From: Candidatus Dadabacteria bacterium
GTDB taxonomy: Bacteria > Desulfobacterota_D > UBA1144 > Nemesobacterales > CSP1-2
Assembly (NCBI GenBank): GCA_963805855.1
Contig: CAWDVW010000005.1
Location: forward strand, 96,001 to 160,000
Length of the DNA stretch: 64,000 nucleotides
Direction: 5' to 3'
Part shown: one piece after another, positions 29,795-39,469 of the stretch
Numbering within the stretch: the stretch's first letter is position 1
Layout: every line of letters begins with the position of its first letter
Notes under the pieces: model-generated
The model's input: only the letters and a program-made list of their open reading frames with translations
What the model was told of the DNA's origin: nothing
The model's database searches: none
Translations under genes and position numbers: made by a program

Positions 29795-30802
29795 TCAGAA
29801 GTCCAGGCTAACCAAATCTCCAATTTCTATTGGCCTCGCACTATCGACGATAAGTCCGGTTGATGTATTCTGCTCTACATTCAATACTACGAGCTTACCC
29901 TTCTTGGAAGGCGGAATAGTCACATCTTTGCGGGAATCAGGATCCCGCACGTTTCGGGGAAGCGTATAAATTGAAAAACTGTTTCCTGGAACAATAGAAT
30001 GTTCCTTTCCAAGATCGAGATAGACGATATTCCCTTGACCAACCACAGCTAAATCGTTTAAACTGGCAACCACAATCCCATTTGCTGCTTGAGCTCCCTT
30101 TTTAATTGTGACCTCATTCACAAATGGCTCGTGCGGTCTTATCCTTGCCCCACGTGTGATCTCTCTATAAGAATTGGTAATTTTAGCGGTTGACATCTTT
30201 TCCCCCAAGACATCGACGATCTCAATTTCTCCGAAGATGCCCACTTTATACCCTATTCTCCTACCTGTATATGGATGGAGAATCGGTTTCGACGTTCTAA
30301 ATACCGTGAATAGATCACCGCTTTGCACTCCGTCAGATCTTCCTACATTCGTATAAACAATGTCGCCGTCGGAGAGGAGAATCTTTGGCGGTTCAGAACT
30401 TAAAATCGTTCCCATATGCTCCCACTCATCCGGTGAAATGAAACCAACACTCCCTCCCATCGAGTAATAGTAAACGGGTGGTGGTGCTCCAACGTCTTTG
30501 AGTTGCTCCACTTCCACTTCAGGGTTAATCCTCACCACCGGTATCCCAGGTTGCTCGTATTCAGGCTTCAGAGAAAGCACTTGCCCCGGATATATTAAAT
30601 TTGGATTATCGATAAAGGAATTCAATTCCCACAATCGTGGCCATAAAAGTGGATTCCCGTAAAATCTTTTAGATATATCCCAAAGCGTATCCCCCGGGCG
30701 TACTACATAGATTGTTTCACCACCTTTTGGCTCGGGCAGATTACCCTGAGCAAAGGCCATTCCTCCGATAAATATGGCTGCAATGACCAGTCTAAAGTGC
30801 AT
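29795..30802 (-). CDS. secreted LysM peptidoglycan-binding protein
   Basis: Signal peptide; YVVRPGDTLWDIS.RFYGNP.LWP.LW..N..I.NP.LIYPG; beta-rich C-terminus. Confidence 0.85.
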   Translation of the reverse strand: MHFRLVIAAIFIGGMAFAQGNLPEPKGGETIYVVRPGDTLWDISKRFYGNPLLWPRLWELNSFIDNPNLIYPGQVLSLKPEYEQPGIPVVRINPEVEVEQLKDVGAPPPVYYYSMGGSVGFISPDEWEHMGTILSSEPPKILLSDGDIVYTNVGRSDGVQSGDLFTVFRTSKPILHPYTGRRIGYKVGIFGEIEIVDVLGEKMSTAKITNSYREITRGARIRPHEPFVNEVTIKKGAQAANGIVVASLNDLAVVGQGNIVYLDLGKEHSIVPGNSFSIYTLPRNVRDPDSRKDVTIPPSKKGKLVVLNVEQNTSTGLIVDSARPIEIGDLVSLDF

Positions 30803-31293
30803 CCTCTCGAACCTCCTTTATGTTTTATAACATATTTTATAAGGAAATTAAACCAATTTCATCAATCATTATACAACATCTTAGTGAAGAAAATAATTAT
30901 CCGTATCCACGATTTGAAAAGTCATCAAGCAATGAGTTTTTATAAAGTTACTAATGATAAACTCTTTTAGTTAATAATTAAATAGGCAATTCAATCGGTT
31001 AACCCAACTTATCGATATTACGTATTTTGACATTTAATTTTGCAAAAAAGGTCTCCCCAATATAAATATTCCTTATATTTTTGGTGTATCAAAATTACAA
31101 TATGAAAATTCGAAACCTTTATATTTGTTAATCCCTCAAACAACCGCACGGCAACATTTAGAACAACCTAGATTACAAATAGTCTTATTTTCGAAAAAAC
31201 AAATATTAACCCTGAAAACATGTTAATATGCGTCATATAGTCTATAATGAATATACGTTTCAATACTGAACACGCCACTTATCCCTGAATTTT

Positions 31294-32772
31294 ATGAGCA
31301 CCCAAATCTATATCAATAAAACATATAATGAAACAAGAGCGGCAATAACCGAAAATGGGAATCTTGTGGAATTATATATCGAGAGAAAGTCAAGACCTCA
31401 ACTGGTCGGAAACATTTATAAAGGAAAGGTCGGAAACATTGTCCCCGGTATGCAAGCTGCCTTTATAGATCTTGGAATCGGGAAATCGGGATTTATTTCT
31501 GTCGAGGATGTTCAAGAAGACTCGTATTTTGAGTTTTTTTTAGAGGAAGAAGACCTTAAAACCAAAAAGAAAAAGAAAAAGAGCCTTATTCAGGATCTGC
31601 TTAGAGAAGGACAAGAAGTCCTTGTGCAATGCGTTAAGGAATTTTCGCTTGGAAAGGGGGCAAAACTCTCTACTAATATCGCAATTCCTGGTAGATATTT
31701 GGTTCTTCTTGGTACGGTCGATATGATAGGGATATCGAGAAGAATTAAAAACAGAGAAGAACGACAGAGACTCCTAAATCTTATAAAATCTGCAAAACCT
31801 GAAGGAGTTGGCTTTATAGCTCGAACAGCTAGTCAGGAGATCGATCAGGATGAATTAAAGCTTGATATGAACAATTTGATCGGATTTTGGAAAGCGATTA
31901 AAAAAAGATCAGAGGAAGCAAAATCACCTTCTCTACTCTACGAAGAGCCCAGCCTCTATATGAGAGTTACGAGAGATTTAGTCTCAGATAAAGGAACAAA
32001 GATATTTATCGATTCAAAAAAAGCGTATCAGGAAATATCGAATTATTTAGACGCTAACAACATTAAAACGCATATTGAGCTATACACAAAAAGCACTCCC
32101 TTATTTATCGACTATGGAATAGAACAAGAAATAAAAAAGATTATCGATAGAAAAGTGTGGCTTAAATCGGGAGGCTATCTTATAATAGAGGAAGCGGAGG
32201 CCCTGACGGTAATAGACGTGAATAGTGGAAGATACACAGGTGGGATTACTCATCATGAAACAATTTTTGACATAAACATGGAGGCTGCTCACGAAGCAGC
32301 ATATCAAATAAGGTTGAGAAACCTTGTAGGTATCATAGTGATAGATTTTATCGATATTAAGAGCCTCCAAAAAAGAAAGGAGATTTATAGAAAATTTATT
32401 GAATCACTCAAGGAAGATAGGGCCCGTTCAGTAGTTCTTGATATGTCATCCTTCTGTGTTGTTCAATTGACCCGTCAGCGCATGAGAGAAAGCCTACTAA
32501 CCCAGCTCACCGACCAGTGCAACCACTGTGGGGGGACTGGATATGTCAAATCGATAGAAACGATTTCATATGAAATTATAAGAGAAATAACTAGCCGCAT
32601 CTCAAAACGAGTTGTAAATAAAATCATTATCACGGCAAATCAGGACGTGACATCGTACCTTAAGGAATTTGAAGGAAATAACCTGAAAAAGCTGGCCACG
32701 AAGCATGGAGTCGAATTTATTTGTGACTCTAGAGACAACTTACAAGATGAATACGAAATAAACATTCAATAA
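31294..32772 (+). CDS. Rne/Rng-family ribonuclease (RNase G-sized)
   Basis: GNIYKGKV..IVPGMQAAFIDLG, LKSGGYL.I, VIDVNSG, LRNL.GIIVIDFID, C..C Zn-link. Confidence 0.93.
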   Translation: MSTQIYINKTYNETRAAITENGNLVELYIERKSRPQLVGNIYKGKVGNIVPGMQAAFIDLGIGKSGFISVEDVQEDSYFEFFLEEEDLKTKKKKKKSLIQDLLREGQEVLVQCVKEFSLGKGAKLSTNIAIPGRYLVLLGTVDMIGISRRIKNREERQRLLNLIKSAKPEGVGFIARTASQEIDQDELKLDMNNLIGFWKAIKKRSEEAKSPSLLYEEPSLYMRVTRDLVSDKGTKIFIDSKKAYQEISNYLDANNIKTHIELYTKSTPLFIDYGIEQEIKKIIDRKVWLKSGGYLIIEEAEALTVIDVNSGRYTGGITHHETIFDINMEAAHEAAYQIRLRNLVGIIVIDFIDIKSLQKRKEIYRKFIESLKEDRARSVVLDMSSFCVVQLTRQRMRESLLTQLTDQCNHCGGTGYVKSIETISYEIIREITSRISKRVVNKIIITANQDVTSYLKEFEGNNLKKLATKHGVEFICDSRDNLQDEYEINIQ

Positions 32773-32787
32773 AACTATTATATTGGT

Positions 32788-32816
32788 TTGACACCCCCTT
32801 TTTTATTGCTTAATGT
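32788..32816 (+). promoter_or_regulatory. putative sigma70 promoter of rpsU
   Basis: TTGACA-17 bp-TAATGT, 35 bp upstream of the ATG. Confidence 0.5.
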
Positions 32817-32850
32817 TTAGTTATTATTAGATACAAGAGGATTATGCTCG

Positions 32851-33045
32851 ATGGCAGAAGTAATAATTGGGAAAAACGAAACCATAGACAACGCCCTGAG
32901 AAGATTTAAAAAAATGGTCGAAAGAGAAGGGATACTCTCTGAGATCAAGAAGAGGAATTACTATGAAAAACCAAGTGAAAGAAAGAAAAAAAGGGCGCGT
33001 GCGGCAAAAATAAGATCAATGAAAAAAACACGTAGTAATAGGTAA
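32851..33045 (+). CDS. rpsU: 30S ribosomal protein S21
   Basis: ALRRFKK...EGIL.E...R.YYEKPS. Confidence 0.96.
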   Translation: MAEVIIGKNETIDNALRRFKKMVEREGILSEIKKRNYYEKPSERKKKRARAAKIRSMKKTRSNR

Positions 33046-33806
33046 TGCATATACCCCTGATCTCCTGCTTTATAATCTCATTTTTTTTGCTCAATATTTC
33101 TGGATGCGACAACAACACCGAGAAAAGCACAATTCTTGAGAACACAGGCAAAAACTCGCCCGAAATTGAAATTAGTGGACAAGACACAGAGTCAATCGAC
33201 CGTAATACAGAAACAGAATTTCAAGAACAAGTCGACGAAAAACTAAATCACCGCCCAGTGGTAAAGTCCATTAGGATTGAACCCATCTTGGGAAATGACA
33301 CGAGTAACGCATTCAGAGCGATCGTGGAGGCAAAAGATCCAGATGACGATGTTATAAGCTTCGGATATCAGTGGAAGCTCGATGGAGAAGATATCCCAGG
33401 TGCTACGGATGAGATGTTAGAATGGCGTGAAGACTTCAAAAAGGGATCAGTTATCTCGGTTGGCGTAATTCCCTTCGATGGTAAAGATGAAGGGGTCTGG
33501 AAGGCAGAGGGAAGTTTTACAATTCCAAACGCCCCGCCAATAATAACATCTGAGCCATTGCCGAGGATAGAGGACGGGAAACTTAGTTATGTTTTAAAGG
33601 CTGACGATCCTGATGGCGATCCAATTGAATATACACTAAAGAATGCCCCCAGAGGTATGACGATCGAACCTGCGACAGGGTTGATAACCTGGGAGTTTGG
33701 AGAAGCGGATATAGGTGAACACATGGTAGAAATCATAGTCACAGACTCTGAGGGTGCCAGAACATCTCAGATGCTTACTCTCAATATTTCCCCTCAAAAT
33801 CAATGA
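33045..33806 (+). CDS. lipoprotein with Ig-like (He_PIG-type) domains
   Basis: Lipobox ISGC; repeated N.PP.I and A.DPDGD motifs; APRGMTI...TG.ITW. Confidence 0.7.
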   Translation: MHIPLISCFIISFFLLNISGCDNNTEKSTILENTGKNSPEIEISGQDTESIDRNTETEFQEQVDEKLNHRPVVKSIRIEPILGNDTSNAFRAIVEAKDPDDDVISFGYQWKLDGEDIPGATDEMLEWREDFKKGSVISVGVIPFDGKDEGVWKAEGSFTIPNAPPIITSEPLPRIEDGKLSYVLKADDPDGDPIEYTLKNAPRGMTIEPATGLITWEFGEADIGEHMVEIIVTDSEGARTSQMLTLNISPQNQ

Positions 33807-34014
33807 TCCCTGATTACACAAGTCATCACAAGGCGTGACCAGTTAATCAATATTAGAAAAATGTGACTGGAACTCCCCACAAATATTCAATGACAGGCCG
33901 GGGAGCCAAGTAATAAAAACAGAAATGCAAGATGAATATCATTACTATAAAAATTATAACTATCTGATATAATTGTTTACCTGATCATCAATTTCGCATG
34001 GTATAAAAGGAGGC

Positions 34015-34431
34015 GTGATGAAGAAAAAAATAGCTTCAGGGATGTTTATAGAAAAAAACATCCAAACTACACCAGAGATGGCCGCATCGCGATTCCATGA
34101 AAGCTCCCCCCGAGTACTTTCAACACCATCCCTTGTAGCATTTATGCAAACTACATGCGCCGACATGATGGCTCCATTCCTAGAGAGTAACGAGATGGCG
34201 GTAAGCACGAAAATCGAGATGAACCATCTTGGATCGACTCCCATAGGAATGCCTATAACTATCAGGGCTGAAATAATTAGGATCGACGATAAGCGGATTA
34301 ACTTCAAAGTAGAGGCATTTGATGACATGGAAAAAATAGCGTCAGCACATAATGATATGTATATAATAGATGAAGAGAGATTTGAGAGAGGAATAAAAAG
34401 GAAACTAGGCAAAACGCAAGCAAAGGCTTAA
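34015..34431 (+). CDS. hot-dog thioesterase, fluoroacetyl-CoA thioesterase (FlK)-like
   Basis: VLSTP.L...M, ..H...TP.G, F.VEAFD..EKI, I.D..RF. Confidence 0.8.
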   Translation: MMKKKIASGMFIEKNIQTTPEMAASRFHESSPRVLSTPSLVAFMQTTCADMMAPFLESNEMAVSTKIEMNHLGSTPIGMPITIRAEIIRIDDKRINFKVEAFDDMEKIASAHNDMYIIDEERFERGIKRKLGKTQAKA

Positions 34432-34495
34432 TCAAGCAGAAATTATGGCTTCGACCTTTTAAAAAATATCTCAAAAGTTGTTTATAATTCGAAAT

Positions 34496-35512
34496 TCATT
34501 TTTTAATTTCTTTAATTATTGCATCTCTCATTTGAGTAGTCGTTGCTTTTCCCCCCATATCCCTCGTTAGAAAGTTTCCTTGCGAAAGAACTTTGGCTAT
34601 TGCTTTTTCTATTGCCCTTGCTTCTCTGATTTTACCTATATGCCTTAGCAAAAGTGCCCCAGATAGAGTTACGGCAATAGGATTTGCCAGGTTCTTGCCA
34701 GCGATATCAGGGGCATTTCCATGAGCTGCCTCAAATACTGCGCACTCAGCTCCTATATTTGCTCCTGGCGCAAATCCAAGCCCGCCAACAAGCCCGGCAC
34801 ATATCTCTGACACTATATCACCATATAGATTCTCGGTTAACACGACATCAAAAATACTCGGATTAAGAACTAATTGCATGCACGCATTATCAATTATCAT
34901 CTCTTCATACTCAATGTCAGGATATTTCTTTGCCACGCCTCTCACACAATCCAGGAACAAACCGTCACTTAGTTTCATTATATTGGCTTTATGAAGGACG
35001 GTTACCTTTTTCCTTTTTTGTCTTTTCGCGTAACTAAAAGCGAAATCTGCGATTTTATTCGATGCAGTTTCAGTGATGACCTTTAAGGTCTCTACAACAC
35101 CAGGGGCAATCTGATACTCGAGGCCAGAGTAAAGATCCTCCGTATTTTCTCTTACGACTACTATATCAACATCCTGATACCTCGACTTAACTCCAGGGAA
35201 GCTTTTTACAGGTCTTAAGTTGGCGTAAAGATTAAGTGTCTTTCTAGTTAATACGTTGACGCTTTTAAAACCCTTTCCAACCGGTGTGCCTACCGGGCCC
35301 TTCAGAGCTACTTTATTTCTTTTTATCGAATCAAAAACAATTTCAGGGATAGCGGTTTTATACTTCTCAATCGATTCCTCACCTGCAGGGACTAACTCCC
35401 ACTTAATTTTCACACCGGTAGCATCAATTATTCTTCTTGCTGCGTCAGTTACCTCAGGTCCGATGCCATCACCAGGAACTAAGGTCACCCTTTTAATACT
35501 ATTTTTTTTCAT
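34496..35512 (-). CDS. isocitrate/isopropylmalate dehydrogenase family, NAD-IDH-like
   Basis: PGDGIGPEV, S.NV..RK.L.LYANLRP, RENTEDLY, HKANIMK..DGLF, NLYGDI, HG.APDIAG. Confidence 0.88.
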   Translation of the reverse strand: MKKNSIKRVTLVPGDGIGPEVTDAARRIIDATGVKIKWELVPAGEESIEKYKTAIPEIVFDSIKRNKVALKGPVGTPVGKGFKSVNVLTRKTLNLYANLRPVKSFPGVKSRYQDVDIVVVRENTEDLYSGLEYQIAPGVVETLKVITETASNKIADFAFSYAKRQKRKKVTVLHKANIMKLSDGLFLDCVRGVAKKYPDIEYEEMIIDNACMQLVLNPSIFDVVLTENLYGDIVSEICAGLVGGLGFAPGANIGAECAVFEAAHGNAPDIAGKNLANPIAVTLSGALLLRHIGKIREARAIEKAIAKVLSQGNFLTRDMGGKATTTQMRDAIIKEIKK

Positions 35513-35648
35513 TGCTCAAGCGTACAGTATTTCAAATTTAGTTTAATGGAACTTCAGGCAAATCCAAATTTAAAAGCCATATCAAAGAAATCAATTTGAT
35601 CTTTACCAAGCGTCAATTATATTAATCGACAAACGGAGAGGACATATC

Positions 35649-36074
35649 ATGAATGAAGGAAAAATGGTAAGCGTCAATCATATTGCAATTGCAGTTCGAA
35701 ATATAGAGGATGCAGAAAAGCTGTATGAGAGTGCCCTGGGTCTCAAAGTAACTCATAGAGAAGTCGTTGAAGAACAAGGTGTTAGGGCTTCAATGCTTGA
35801 GACAGATGGTGGAGATACTGCGATTGAACTGTTAGAACCGATCGGAAACAACTCACCCATATACAAATTCTTGGAAAAAAGCGGAGAGGGCATTCATCAC
35901 ATTTGCTTTAAGGTAGATGACATAGAATCGGCACTTGAGAGGCTAAAGAAACAGGGTATTAAATTAATTAATGAAGCGCCCCGACCTGGCGTAGATGGAA
36001 CGAAAGTGGCATTTTTACACCCCAAAGCTCTAAACGGTGTGTTGATTGAGCTGGCAGAACTGCCTAAAGACTGA
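35649..36074 (+). CDS. mce: methylmalonyl-CoA epimerase
   Basis: HIAIAV, EEQGV, IELLEP, FLEK.GEGIHHIC, FLHPK..NGVLIEL. Confidence 0.92.
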   Translation: MNEGKMVSVNHIAIAVRNIEDAEKLYESALGLKVTHREVVEEQGVRASMLETDGGDTAIELLEPIGNNSPIYKFLEKSGEGIHHICFKVDDIESALERLKKQGIKLINEAPRPGVDGTKVAFLHPKALNGVLIELAELPKD

Positions 36075-36262
36075 TCCTATTAAACCATCCCCGGTTCCAT
36101 GCTAAAACAACTCTTCGATAATTCTCTCGGCGCGAATTTTTTATCAATTCCATATGCCCGGAGAGATAATGAAGCTCAACTGCTTTTGTTTCATGAGTGA
36201 TTATTTAGTGGGATTATGAAGTGGGTATGGCTTAAAATGAAATTTATTGCTAAATCCTTTTA

Positions 36263-36493
36263 TTATTTTGTATCTGTAGGTTTCTTGGGAGCCTGAAATT
36301 CGGTTTCCCGTGTTTTGTTATCTTCCTTTGGCGGCGTAATATCGATTTCGTCAGGCTCTTTCAAGGATTTTCTAAAACCCTTTATTCCCTTCCCAAGCGC
36401 AGAACCAAGGTCACCTAATCTACTGGGACCAAAAATTAGGAGCAGTATTACCAGAATAATAACAAGTTCCCACACGCCTAGACCGCCAATCAT
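36263..36493 (-). CDS. tatA: twin-arginine translocase TatA/E
   Basis: [25 protein letters not shown]. Confidence 0.93.
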   Translation of the reverse strand: MIGGLGVWELVIILVILLLIFGPSRLGDLGSALGKGIKGFRKSLKEPDEIDITPPKEDNKTRETEFQAPKKPTDTK

Positions 36494-36503
36494 GATTCTA
36501 CCT

Positions 36504-36540
36504 CCGAGTATAAAGTACCGATTACACTCGGGAATGTCAA
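36504..36540 (-). promoter_or_regulatory. putative sigma70 promoter of tatA with inverted repeat
   Basis: Minus strand TTGACA-17 bp-TACTTT then GGAGGT RBS; IR CCGAGTGTAA-8 nt-TTATACTCGG (1 mismatch) spans the -10. Confidence 0.55.
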
Positions 36541-36589
36541 TATAGAATATTCTGACCGAATTTTTAAGAAATTTGTAAGGAAGTGACGC

Positions 36590-37726
36590 TTAATTGCCCA
36601 AGAATTCGCCTATAGGATTGAGCGACTCAATATGATCACATACTATCTTGAATATAACCGTCATTGGAACTGCAATTAGAGCTCCCGGAATGCCCCAGAT
36701 CCAACCCCAAAATATTAGAGAAAGAAAAATGATTACTGGATTAACCGCAAACCTCCTACCATGTATCAAAGGAGTAATAATGTTACCTTCAATCGCCGTT
36801 AGCAGTAAATATGAAAATGGTACAAGAATTACATGTCCTAAATCTTCAAAAGTAATGAACGAAACAATTGCAACAATAACTATTCCTGTTAAAGATCCGA
36901 TATAAGGAATATAATTTAGCAGACCAGCAATGACACCCCAAAGTATCGGATTTGGCATCTTTAACAGAAACATTGCGAATCCAATCGCCGAACCCAGACA
37001 GATATTTATTATTGTTACTGTTATCAAATAAGCGGAAATATCTCTCTCTGTTTGACGAGCAATTTCCACCGCTTGTTTCTTGTCTTTGAGTCTAGGTAAC
37101 AGCCTGACAAGCTTAAGTAGGAAAAGATCGCCTGAGGCAAGTAAAAAGAAAAGAAGAGTGATTACCAAAACTATTCCGATGATTAAATCCCTTGTCTGGC
37201 TGAACAGTATCTCACCATAGGTAGGTTCCTTAACTTCAACAGTCTGGGATTCTTTTTCTTTCTCTATTTTAGTTAATTGCTGAGCCTGTTCCGTTACCTT
37301 TGTGACTTCCTCAACGGGTTTCTTCAATTTGCGAAGTTTGTATTCGATATTGCTAAAACTCTCGGGAGCCTTCGCGATCCACTCGGTAGCGGGACCGGAA
37401 AGCCTGTAAAAACCAAAACCTATTGTTCCGATTAATACTACGAGCAAAAATGCTGAGCTTACTGTCTCCGGAATTTTGAGTTGCTTCATTCCCCGTACCA
37501 CAGGTGCAAATAAAAAACTCAGTAGCAATGATAATACTATCGGTAAGATAACAGCGCGGGCGAAATAAAGTGTATATATAGACGCGAACATAAAAGTACC
37601 AGTTAGGGCAATAGAACGGACGCTCAACGAATCTCGATGTAAATCCAAAACTTTTATATTTTGAGGACTATTCGGTATTGAATCTTCGTCTCTCTCGTCA
37701 CTTCGGGATGTGAGCTTGTCAACCAT
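36590..37726 (-). CDS. AI-2E family transporter
   Basis: Multi-TM; LNYIPYIG, EGN.ITP, FWGWIWGIPGALIAVP. Confidence 0.9.
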   Translation of the reverse strand: MVDKLTSRSDERDEDSIPNSPQNIKVLDLHRDSLSVRSIALTGTFMFASIYTLYFARAVILPIVLSLLLSFLFAPVVRGMKQLKIPETVSSAFLLVVLIGTIGFGFYRLSGPATEWIAKAPESFSNIEYKLRKLKKPVEEVTKVTEQAQQLTKIEKEKESQTVEVKEPTYGEILFSQTRDLIIGIVLVITLLFFLLASGDLFLLKLVRLLPRLKDKKQAVEIARQTERDISAYLITVTIINICLGSAIGFAMFLLKMPNPILWGVIAGLLNYIPYIGSLTGIVIVAIVSFITFEDLGHVILVPFSYLLLTAIEGNIITPLIHGRRFAVNPVIIFLSLIFWGWIWGIPGALIAVPMTVIFKIVCDHIESLNPIGEFLGN

Positions 37727-38151
37727 ATTTTGGCTCCACAAATGCGTGATTGTACATCATCAAAATCAATTAATAAAATTGAGAGTGTAGAAATACAAAT
37801 GATCAACTAACTCAAATTCAGCAGATTGTTTAATCCGTAGTCACGAAATATATTATCTTTTTATGCTGCTTGTTGATAATTAATTGATTTTCGAAGTAAG
37901 AAAATCGAATTATCGCTTCTTTATTATTTTATCATTGCACGAAAACGATAATTAATTTTTGAATTACTTTTTTTATATCAGGAAATTCACTTCAAAATAT
38001 TTCGCAAATAGTCCTAAATCATAAATTCACAAAATTTAAACTCAGTAAAACAAATAAAGAATTTTTTCGTTTAGAAAAAAACCTATTGCAAATTATAAAA
38101 ATATTTATTACAATGGACTTAAATTTAATTAAATTCTTAAAGGAGGATGGC

Positions 38152-38400
38152 ATGGCAAAGGCCAAATCAAGTAGCAAGAAAGCCGCTACTAAAACTAAGA
38201 AGGCTGCTAGCAAGTCGAAGAGCTCGAAGGTAAAATCTGCAGCAAAGAAAACTGCAGCCAAGAAGAAAACTGCAGCCAAGAAGAAAACTGCAGCCAAGAA
38301 GAAAACTACAGCTAAGAAGAAAACTACAGCTAAGAAGAAAACTACAGCTAAGAAGAAAACTACAGCTAAGAAGAAAACTACAGCTAAGAAGAAAAGGTAG
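38152..38400 (+). CDS. histone H1-like Lys/Ala/Thr-rich protein (82 aa)
   Basis: AGGAGG RBS at 38141-38146, ATG 38152; MAKAKSSSKKAATK...(TAAKKK)3(TTAKKK)5R. Confidence 0.8.
   Translation: MAKAKSSSKKAATKTKKAASKSKSSKVKSAAKKTAAKKKTAAKKKTAAKKKTTAKKKTTAKKKTTAKKKTTAKKKTTAKKKR
38251..38394 (+). repeat. coding tandem repeat, 8 x 18 bp
   Basis: 3 x ACTGCAGCCAAGAAGAAA followed by 5 x ACTACAGCTAAGAAGAAA. Confidence 0.97.
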
Positions 38401-38632
38401 TTTTTTCAAAGTTCAAGGAAGTATAAAAACCTCATCAGGTTGTGCTTCCCAATATTAGAATACGCAAACGCTAGATTACTAGGCTATCTCTAGTAGCGGG
38501 GGGGTTGCTTTCAATTACAAAAATAATCTAATGATAAACCGCTCGTATCCAAGTAATCTCAAACTCCAATCGCTATTAAAGCATGAAATATACAAGGAAG
38601 AAGATTTGCAACCGCATGCTGGTATTTGTTTA

Positions 38633-39469
38633 TCACCAATTAGAATCCCCCTTTGATCCTTTATAATACTGCATTGCCTCTGGTAACCACTGTTTCAGAT
38701 TGTTTATCCTTGTGCCATAACTCGGGTGTGTAGAGAGAAATTCTGGGGGAGCAGGACCACCACCCGATTCACTCTGCATCTTCTCCCAAAAAGCAATCGC
38801 CTCTTTAGGGTCGTACCCGGCTTCAGCCATATAAATTAAGCCAATTCTATCCGCCTCGGCCTCCTGAGTACGACTAAATGGCAGTATCCCGCCAACATTA
38901 ACACCGACTCCATACGCACTCATAATCGCACTCATGACTGCCGGATTCTGACTCCCTAAAGCAGCTTGTAGTCCTGTGGCGCCAAGATTAGCGAGAATAC
39001 CAGCTGACGCTCTTTCGGCACCATGATGTGCGGCAACGTGAGCAACCTCGTGGCCTATGACCGTAGCAAGAGCCGCATCACTGTTAGCAACACGGAACAT
39101 ACCTGTATAGACCCCAATCTTACCACCTGGAAGGGCAAAAGCATTGACGACATCATCACCTTTAATAACCCTGTATTCCCAATCATGGTTTGCTGTATCC
39201 GCTACGCTTACAATTCTCGAACTAACTCTAGTTAATCGGCTTTTGTACTGAGGATTGTTTGAAACTCCCTCTTCTTTTATGACCTCTTGGAAGGCTGCAT
39301 TTCCCATTTGTGATGCCTCCTGGGGAGACACGAGAATAAGCTGGGATCTTCCTGTTATAGGTGCTGTTTGACAAGAAATCAAAATGGAAAGAAGGCCAAT
39401 TAGAATTAAAATCAGAGTCGAGAAAGCCATCTTTTCTGTCACTCTAAATTTCAATAATTGTGTAACCAT
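38633..39469 (-). CDS. M48-family metallopeptidase lipoprotein
   Basis: Lipobox LISC, PITGR.QL, NAFALPGGKI, HEVAH, FSR.QE.EAD, FLSTHP; ATG 39469 after GGAGGG. Confidence 0.92.
   Translation of the reverse strand: MVTQLLKFRVTEKMAFSTLILILIGLLSILISCQTAPITGRSQLILVSPQEASQMGNAAFQEVIKEEGVSNNPQYKSRLTRVSSRIVSVADTANHDWEYRVIKGDDVVNAFALPGGKIGVYTGMFRVANSDAALATVIGHEVAHVAAHHGAERASAGILANLGATGLQAALGSQNPAVMSAIMSAYGVGVNVGGILPFSRTQEAEADRIGLIYMAEAGYDPKEAIAFWEKMQSESGGGPAPPEFLSTHPSYGTRINNLKQWLPEAMQYYKGSKGDSNW

Noticed and set aside
30803-31293. AT-rich 490-bp gap as a possible replication origin
   Set aside because: No cluster of TTATCCACA DnaA boxes; explained by divergent promoters
38251-38394. Repeat array as a possible CRISPR
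   Set aside because: Units are head-to-tail with no spacers, in frame within a CDS, and no cas genes are present
38019-38409. Minus-strand ORFs with AAVFFL and SCSFLL repeats
   Set aside because: Antisense shadows of the Lys-rich repeat; only the plus frame has a strong RBS and start
38440-38510. Resemblance to the 3' half of a c-di-GMP-I riboswitch (ACGCAAA...GTAGCGGGG..TT)
   Set aside because: The GGCAAA and GAAA-tetraloop 5' half is missing, and it lies between convergent gene ends
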